From assembly GCA_048941015.1 (NCBI GenBank), contig JBHLNZ010000076.1, positions 1-13,526 on the forward strand: a stretch of 13,526 bases of DNA, read 5' to 3'. The stretch comes from Promethearchaeota archaeon. GTDB taxonomy: Archaea; Asgardarchaeota; Lokiarchaeia; Sigyniarchaeales; SOKP01. How positions within the stretch are numbered: position 1 is the first letter of the stretch; each line of letters begins with the position of its first letter. The position numbers and the translations under genes were made by a program. This document shows positions 7,707-13,526 of this stretch, piece by piece. The notes beneath the pieces were generated by a model that worked only from the letters and a program-made list of their open reading frames with translations, searched no databases and was not told the DNA's origin.

Positions 7707-7975
7707 TTTTAATCACAGGGAGTATGATAATGGTAATAATGTCTTCTTACCATGATAATTTTGATATAAAATTAGACTTTATTACACTTTTAATAATATC
7801 ATATTATCCAAGTCGCATTTATAAATCTTTGTCTCAAAATTTAAAAATTTTGATATAATTATCCCATTAGGATCCCATTTTTATTAATTTGTTCATCTAA
7901 ATATTAAAAGTATTAAAAAAATGATTAATTACATAAGAAAAAATGAAAATAAAATTATGATTAAAGTGATTTAAT

Positions 7976-8488
7976 TTGGAATTTTATGATGTTATAAAAA
8001 AAAGGAGAAGCTATCGCTTCTTTAAATCGGAAATGCCTCAAGAGGAAAAAGTCAACAGAATTTTAGAAGCGGCACGATTAGCGCCTACATGGGCTAATAA
8101 ACAAGGAATGCATTACATAGTAGTAAAGGATAAAGAAGTAGTGAAAATGGTTTGGGAAGCAATTGGTCAAAAGCAGAAGTTTGCTGATTGTCCTATATTT
8201 ATAATAGGTGCAATTGCTGAATCAGGCTCTGGAGTTAATCATGATGAAAAATATTATCCAGTTGATTTTGGAATATGTTTTGAACATTTAATATTAGCTG
8301 CAACTGCTGAAGGATTAGGTACATGTTGGATAGGATGGTTTGATGAGCAAAAAATTAAAAAAATTCTTTCGATTCCTGCGAAATATCGAGTCTTAGGGAT
8401 TACTCCTATAGGATATCCTCTCAAGCAGAAAGGAGAAGTAGAGGATCGAAAGCCTCTAAATGAGTTTGTACATTATAATAAATTCTAA
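7976..8488 (+). CDS. Nitroreductase family flavoprotein
   Basis: TTG start, 170 aa. FMN-binding motifs IKKRRSYRFF and ARLAPTWANKQ, plus LAATAEGLGTCWIG and a C-terminal IGYP...RKPL. Confidence 0.92.
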   Translation: MEFYDVIKKRRSYRFFKSEMPQEEKVNRILEAARLAPTWANKQGMHYIVVKDKEVVKMVWEAIGQKQKFADCPIFIIGAIAESGSGVNHDEKYYPVDFGICFEHLILAATAEGLGTCWIGWFDEQKIKKILSIPAKYRVLGITPIGYPLKQKGEVEDRKPLNEFVHYNKF

Positions 8489-8558
8489 TATCTTTTCTAT
8501 AAATCGTTTTTAAAGAATTAGAAGTAAATATAAAATAATTCCATATTTTATTCTATTT

Positions 8559-10289
8559 ATGAAGATCATTCGTATTAATTTAAGTTCAAGTTCAACAAAG
8601 ACTGAAGAGATAAAACAAGATTCAAAGTATTTTTTATTAGGAGCACGAGGTTTGAGTTCTCAAATCGTTTATGATGAAGTTCCACCAGACTGTAATCCTT
8701 TAGATAGTGAAAATAAACTTATTTTAGCAAATGGCTTATTAGCAGGAAGTTCTTTTCCTAATTCGGCTCGTACTTCTGTAGGAAGTAAAAGTCCATTAAC
8801 AAATGGTATAAAAGAAGCAAATGTAGGAGGAAGACCAGCAATGATGCTGGCAAGACATGGGATACGAGCGTTAATATTAGAGGGGAAATCCTTAGATCTA
8901 AAAATTATTATTATTAATCAAGATGAAATTCAAATATTATCTGGAGAAGAATATAAAGGATTAGGGAACTACAGCTTGCATGAAAAACTGAAAGCAAAAT
9001 ATGGAGATAGGATTGGAATTTATTCAATTGGTCCAGCAGGAGAGTATTTAATGAAATCTGCTACTGTTGCTGCTAATGATTTAGAAGGATTTCCCAGTAG
9101 ACATGCTGCTAGAGGGGGATTAGGAAGTGTAATGGGCTCTAAAGGAGTAAAAGCTATCATTTTAATTCCCCCGAAAGATTCAAAAATTAAAATGCATGAT
9201 ATAAAAAAATTTAAAGAAGTTGTTGGTCCATTTGCAAAAACTTTAGCTCAAACAAAACAGACCTTTTCTATTTTTGGGACTCCTTTGATGATGAAAGCAA
9301 TGAGCAGTTATGGTGGAATACCTACTAAAAATTTTGGAATGGGTTCATTTGATAAAATCGAAAACATTTCAGGAGAAAAACTTCATGAAGTTGTAGTTGA
9401 ACGAGGGGGAAGGAAACGATTAGCTTGCTGTCCAACTTGTGTAATCAGATGTTCAAATTATATTGTTGATGAGAATGGGAATCATATCACTTCGAGCTTA
9501 GAATATGAAACAATGGCACTTAATGGATCAAATCTTTTAATTGACGATATTGATAGTCTTGCTTATATAGATCATTATTGTGATGATGTTGGTATCGATA
9601 CTATTGAATTTGGAGGTACCGCAGGTGTCGCAATGGACTGTAGGGAGATTAAATGGGGAGATGCTCAAGAAGTCATTCGGATATTAGATAAAGAGATAAG
9701 AAATAACACTGAAGTTGGAAAATTGTATGGGAATGGTGTAAAAGTTATCGGTGAGAAACTCAGAGCAAAAAGAGTACCACAAGTTAAAGGACAAGGAATT
9801 TCTGCTTATGATTGTAGAGTTTTTAAAGCAATGGGCGCTACATATGCTACCTCACCAATGGGAGCGGATCATACAGCTGGAGCAGCTATTGCTGGAAGAG
9901 TTCCTAGTCAACATAAAGACTATGGTGAACTTACTGAAAATGATAAAAAATTAGATTTGTCTTTTGAACTTCAAGTATATACCGCAGTTATGGATTCTAT
10001 GGGGTGTTGTTATTTTATAGGTCCTAACTATGAGAACATGGAGATTGTCGCAAAAGCAGTAAATGCAATGTATAATTTAGATTTAACACGTGAAGATATC
10101 ATTAATATCGGAAAAATGATCCTAAGAACCGAAATAGAGTTTAATAAAAGGGCAGGTATTACTCAAGATGTAAATGATGTTCCAGAATTTTTCAGAAAAG
10201 AACCCTCATCTCCAAAAGATTTGACTTTTACCTTTGAAAAACAAGAATTAAAAGAGTTTTGGAATAGATTAAATAATCATACTTTCTGA
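8559..10289 (+). CDS. aor: Aldehyde:ferredoxin oxidoreductase family protein (W/Mo-pterin, 4Fe-4S)
   Basis: 576 aa with SKSPLTNGIKEANVGG, SIGPAGE, AARGGLGSVMGSKGVKAI, the 4Fe-4S motif C-x2-C-x3-C (CPTCVIRC), EYET, CDDVGIDTI, GADH and the fourth cluster Cys in DSMGCC. Confidence 0.95.
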   Translation: MKIIRINLSSSSTKTEEIKQDSKYFLLGARGLSSQIVYDEVPPDCNPLDSENKLILANGLLAGSSFPNSARTSVGSKSPLTNGIKEANVGGRPAMMLARHGIRALILEGKSLDLKIIIINQDEIQILSGEEYKGLGNYSLHEKLKAKYGDRIGIYSIGPAGEYLMKSATVAANDLEGFPSRHAARGGLGSVMGSKGVKAIILIPPKDSKIKMHDIKKFKEVVGPFAKTLAQTKQTFSIFGTPLMMKAMSSYGGIPTKNFGMGSFDKIENISGEKLHEVVVERGGRKRLACCPTCVIRCSNYIVDENGNHITSSLEYETMALNGSNLLIDDIDSLAYIDHYCDDVGIDTIEFGGTAGVAMDCREIKWGDAQEVIRILDKEIRNNTEVGKLYGNGVKVIGEKLRAKRVPQVKGQGISAYDCRVFKAMGATYATSPMGADHTAGAAIAGRVPSQHKDYGELTENDKKLDLSFELQVYTAVMDSMGCCYFIGPNYENMEIVAKAVNAMYNLDLTREDIINIGKMILRTEIEFNKRAGITQDVNDVPEFFRKEPSSPKDLTFTFEKQELKEFWNRLNNHTF

Positions 10290-10299
10290 TTTGAAAAGT

Positions 10300-10320
10300 T
10301 TATCTTATTTTTTTTAATTC
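10300..10320 (+). terminator. Putative oligo-T terminator after aor
   Basis: T-rich tract (TTATCTTATTTTTTTTAATTC) 10-30 nt after the aor stop, in the gap facing the convergent marR gene. Confidence 0.4.
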
Positions 10321-10404
10321 TATTTAATTCTAGCTAAAGTAATTTCACATTAGTACAACTAGATTAAAGAGAATGATTACAGGAACTCATAGTTAAATTG
10401 TCCT

Positions 10405-10905
10405 TTATTTTATATCAGGTTTCAATGAATCAAATAATTTTTGGAGTAATCCTAAAAGCATTTTAATATCAAATTCATCAAGACTTTGACAACAATTATT
10501 TAAGGAATTATCCAACTTATTTGATAATTTTTTAGCCTCAATCCCTTTTTTTGTTAGTTTAATCAAATTTTTTCTTCGATCATCTTGACTCTCTATTCTT
10601 TTAATTAACTTATTCTTTTCCATCGTATCAATAATTCCAGTAATAGTTGATTTAGAACAAGAACATCCTTTTGCTAATTCAATTTGACTTAATTCATCCC
10701 TTTCCCAAAGTTGACGTAAAATTAAATATTGAGCAGGTGTCATATTCATTTGTTGAATAGAATTACGTTGAATTCTTTCAACCCGCTTATTAATCTTGTA
10801 TATTAATCTAAAAGCTTTATTAAAACTCTCAGGATCAGAACCATTTCCACAACATGTAGATGATTTCTCATTACTTATGATGTCTTGATTTGTTTTATTG
10901 CTCAT
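10405..10905 (-). CDS. MarR family transcriptional regulator, cysteine-rich
   Basis: 166 aa winged-HTH signature: MTPAQYLILRQLW...SQIELAK...KSTITGIIDTMEKNKLIKR...DRRKNLIKLTKKG. It carries six Cys in three pairs. Confidence 0.93.
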   Translation of the reverse strand: MSNKTNQDIISNEKSSTCCGNGSDPESFNKAFRLIYKINKRVERIQRNSIQQMNMTPAQYLILRQLWERDELSQIELAKGCSCSKSTITGIIDTMEKNKLIKRIESQDDRRKNLIKLTKKGIEAKKLSNKLDNSLNNCCQSLDEFDIKMLLGLLQKLFDSLKPDIK

Positions 10906-10928
10906 AATTATTAATAGAGCTATAAAAA

Positions 10929-10990
10929 ATTTAAAGGTTTGGATCCGAATGGTTCGGATCAGAACCTTTAAATAGTTCGGATCCTTACTA
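10929..10990. promoter_or_regulatory. Divergent marR/arsM promoter-operator: 45-bp inverted repeat plus three copies of palindrome GGTTCGGATCCGAACC
   Basis: Arms 10929..10949 and 10953..10973 are reverse complements at 19/21 positions. Boxes lie at 10936..10951 (13/16 to consensus), 10951..10966 (15/16) and 10974..10989 (12/16). TTTAAA TATA-like elements sit at both ends of the inverted repeat. Confidence 0.8.
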
Positions 10991-11022
10991 TCTATTATAA
11001 TTAAAAATTATAAGTGATTAAA

Positions 11023-11847
11023 ATGAGAAGTGAGGAAAAAATAAAAGAAATTGTAAGAAAACAATATTCTAAAGTTGCCTTATCAAATAATCAAAATGAA
11101 TTTTCTGGTTGCGGATGTTCTAGTGATAAAAATGTTCTTATTAGCAAGGTTATTGGTTATAGGGATGACGATTTTAATGCCGTTCCAGAAGGGTCAAATC
11201 TGGGTTTAGGTTGTGGTAATCCAATCGCTCTTGCATCTCTAAAGGAAGGTGAGACTGTTATTGATCTTGGTTCTGGAGCAGGTTTTGATGCATTTTTGGC
11301 ATCAAAAAAAGTGGGAAAAACTGGTAAAGTAATTGGTGTCGATATGACTCCTGCTATGATTTCAAAGGCAAGAGAGAATGCAAATCAAGGAGATTTTGAA
11401 AATGTCGAATTTAGACTAGGGGAAATTGAGCATTTACCGGTTTCTGATGGTATAGCAGATATTATAATCTCGAATTGTGTTATTAATCTAGTACCTAATA
11501 AAAGAGAAGTATTTAAAGATGCCTTCAGGGTATTAAAGCCAGGCGGTAGGTTAATGATTTCTGATATTGTTGTTACAAAAAAACTTCCCGAATTTATACA
11601 GGAATCTATAGAAGCATACACTGGATGCATTTCAGGGGCAATTTTAAAAGAAGACTACATAAAACTGATGGAAGAGAGTGGTTTTCAAGAGGTAAAGATA
11701 CTAGGTGAAGTAAATTATCCCATAGATCTTTTTATGTATAGCAAAGAGATTAATGAAATTATAGAAAAGAACAAAATATCTCTCAAAGAATTGAAGGAGA
11801 TTGCAAGAACAATAGTTAGTGTAAAAATTAGTGCTTATAAACCCTAA
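11023..11847 (+). CDS. arsM: Arsenite S-adenosylmethionine methyltransferase
   Basis: Motifs GCGC, NLGLGCGNP, SAM-binding VIDLGSGAGFD, VIGVDMTPAM, IISNCVINL, RVLKPGGRL and YTGCISGA. The catalytic Cys set is present (C33/35, C67, C155, C205 in ORF-track numbering). The in-frame ATG at 11023 is preferred over GTG at 11014. Confidence 0.93.
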   Translation: MRSEEKIKEIVRKQYSKVALSNNQNEFSGCGCSSDKNVLISKVIGYRDDDFNAVPEGSNLGLGCGNPIALASLKEGETVIDLGSGAGFDAFLASKKVGKTGKVIGVDMTPAMISKARENANQGDFENVEFRLGEIEHLPVSDGIADIIISNCVINLVPNKREVFKDAFRVLKPGGRLMISDIVVTKKLPEFIQESIEAYTGCISGAILKEDYIKLMEESGFQEVKILGEVNYPIDLFMYSKEINEIIEKNKISLKELKEIARTIVSVKISAYKP

Positions 11848-11917
11848 AATATTTAATATATTTTTTTATAATTATTTTTTATTTTTAAGGACAAAAATAG
11901 AGAATGAAGTTTTTAAA

Positions 11918-12850
11918 GTGATAGGCGTTAATGAAAAGAGTCAAAATAATAAGAAAAGTAGAGAAAGAGATAAATTTAATGATATTACTTTTAATAAATC
12001 TATATTAGATATTATAAATGCACGTTTTTCAATCAGAGCATATCTCGATAAACCACTGAATCTAGATCTGAAAAAAAGCATAAGGAATATCCTAACACAT
12101 CCTAATATAAATAGTCCATTCAGAGAAAAAGTGGCAAATATTAGATTTAAACTGATAAATTTTTCAGAATTAGATCAAGACATAAATTTAAAAACTAAGA
12201 CAATTGGAGGGATATACGGAGCACATGATTATATTGTTGGAGCTATGGAGCAATCCGAATATGATTTTGAACATTATGGATATGTTTTTGAAACAATTAT
12301 TTTAAAAATGACTGAACTAAGATTAGGGACATGTTGGTTAGGAGGCTTTTTTAATCGAAAACTTTTTGCAGATAAAATTCAAAAGCGTCCAAATGAGATT
12401 ATTCCCGCAATAACACCTGTTGGAACACCTGATTATGTTAGATTAAAAGCTGGATTTGGAATGAAAACAAATTTTGATCGTATTAGACTTCCAGTGTCGC
12501 AACTTTTCTTTGAAGGAGATTTTACAAATCCAATCAATTTTATAAGTAAAGATCCTTATTCCGTATTACTTGAAATGGTCCGAATTAGTCCTTCTGCTAG
12601 TAACTTACAACCATGGAGGATAGTCAAAGATAAGAAGGAGAATATTTTTCATTTTTATACATTATCAACTAGAGATAGAGTTGGGCTTATTTATAATAAT
12701 TTTCGGCGAATTGACATAGGAATCGCTGTATGTCATTTTGATCTTGCATCGAAATTTCTAAATCTAAAAGGAAACTGGGAATTTAAGCAACAAATTATTC
12801 CATCAATAAAATATCTTAAATATATCATAAGTTGGAGTGAAAAGAATTAA
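11918..12850 (+). CDS. Nitroreductase family protein (two-lobed type)
   Basis: IINARFSIRAY, LKMTELRLGTCWLGG and ITPVG, followed by a second lobe with VRISPSASNLQPWR and RIDIGIAVCHF. The ORF is open from 11831, but 11848..11890 looks like T-rich intergenic sequence, so GTG at 11918 is the likelier start. The start remains uncertain. Confidence 0.85.
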   Translation: MIGVNEKSQNNKKSRERDKFNDITFNKSILDIINARFSIRAYLDKPLNLDLKKSIRNILTHPNINSPFREKVANIRFKLINFSELDQDINLKTKTIGGIYGAHDYIVGAMEQSEYDFEHYGYVFETIILKMTELRLGTCWLGGFFNRKLFADKIQKRPNEIIPAITPVGTPDYVRLKAGFGMKTNFDRIRLPVSQLFFEGDFTNPINFISKDPYSVLLEMVRISPSASNLQPWRIVKDKKENIFHFYTLSTRDRVGLIYNNFRRIDIGIAVCHFDLASKFLNLKGNWEFKQQIIPSIKYLKYIISWSEKN

Positions 12851-12963
12851 AAGAAGTTTAACCTATTTTCATGGATTTGTGTAGAATAAAATTTTTGTAG
12901 ATTTAATTAATATTTTAAGAAAATATAACTAAAAACCCTTTTCAATTTAAAACAAATTCAATT

Positions 12964-13521
12964 TTAAACATATCGCAACAAACCTTTTCTCATCATATAA
13001 TATTCTATTACAAGAATTAGAATAAATCCAATACTAATAAGAAAAATAGGAGTTAAACTAGTCACTGGTCCGAATAAAATCCCTAATTCACTAAATCTAC
13101 AAAATATACTCAATATTCCATATCCAACGCCTCCTAAAACGGCAATAATCTTCTCTTTCTTAAAAATAGAAATAGAAAAATGCCAACATGCAGTAAGACA
13201 AAATGTAGATATCAATATTAAAATAAATAATATTGCTATTGATAAATTAGGACTCAAAAGTAGCCCAAAGACAATAAAAATTATAAAAGAAACATATAAT
13301 ACGATTGAGATTAATTTTAAATTTTCCTTAAAATAATTAATTTCTAATTTTATAAATATACTCAATAAAATCCAGGGGATTTCAATCAATAAGGCAATAA
13401 GAGACACTGTCCATGCATCTAATATAAAAAGATCCAGAAATATTGAAGAAAATAGACCTATTAAAATAAGACATGCGCCAGCAAGTCTTAAAAGCCCTAT
13501 TTTTTTTATTTCTATCCTCAT
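12964..13521 (-). CDS. Hypothetical multi-pass membrane protein (about 6 TM)
   Basis: 185 aa, almost entirely hydrophobic helices, with no recognised motif. The start lies near the window edge. Confidence 0.75.
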   Translation of the reverse strand: MRIEIKKIGLLRLAGACLILIGLFSSIFLDLFILDAWTVSLIALLIEIPWILLSIFIKLEINYFKENLKLISIVLYVSFIIFIVFGLLLSPNLSIAILFILILISTFCLTACWHFSISIFKKEKIIAVLGGVGYGILSIFCRFSELGILFGPVTSLTPIFLISIGFILILVIEYYMMRKGLLRYV

Positions 13522-13526
13522 ATTAT

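Noticed and set aside
7793-7826. AT-only palindromes ATAATAT-C-ATATTAT and ATTTATAAAT
   Set aside because: These are expected by chance in such AT-rich intergenic DNA. The second may simply be a TATA element.
5436-7858. ORFs 5436..5618 (+), 6173..6424 (-) and 7493..7858 (+)
   Set aside because: They are antisense to better-supported genes (TFB-like, membrane protein, tfb).
10929-10990. CRISPR mini-array or MITE interpretation of the GGATC repeats
   Set aside because: The units are 16 bp, abutting or 7 bp apart, with no spacer-length intervals, no cas genes and no evident target-site duplication. The position between divergent marR and arsM fits an operator.
9751-11630. ORFs 9751..9954 (+) and 11385..11630 (-)
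   Set aside because: One is an alternative frame within aor and the other is antisense within arsM.
11831-11917. N-terminal extension of the second nitroreductase overlapping arsM
   Set aside because: It translates a T-rich, terminator-like tract (FNIFFYNYFLFL), so a downstream GTG start is more plausible.

Overview
Very AT-rich archaeal DNA, most likely from an Asgard archaeon of the Lokiarchaeia type. That assignment is inferred from composition, two TFB paralogues with shortened Zn ribbons and a tungsten AOR, and is not proven. Left half (minus strand): a divergent TFB-like gene, then a P-type ATPase, a DedA/VTT (VMP1/TMEM41-like) membrane protein and a second P-type ATPase that is cut by the window edge and missing from the ORF track. 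Both ATPases have a P2A (SERCA-like) scaffold but replace the M4 cation-binding PEGL motif with PINL/PINI, resembling the PISL motif of eukaryotic P4 lipid flippases. The complete copy has also lost the M6 Ca2+ ligands. Together with the enclosed scramblase-family gene, this is a candidate undescribed archaeal lipid-translocation module and the main finding. Middle: a small membrane protein and a more canonical TFB. Right half: nitroreductase, aldehyde:ferredoxin oxidoreductase, a Cys-rich MarR divergent from arsM across a 45-bp inverted repeat/operator array, a second nitroreductase-like gene and a membrane protein. No RNA genes, CRISPR arrays or mobile elements were recognised.
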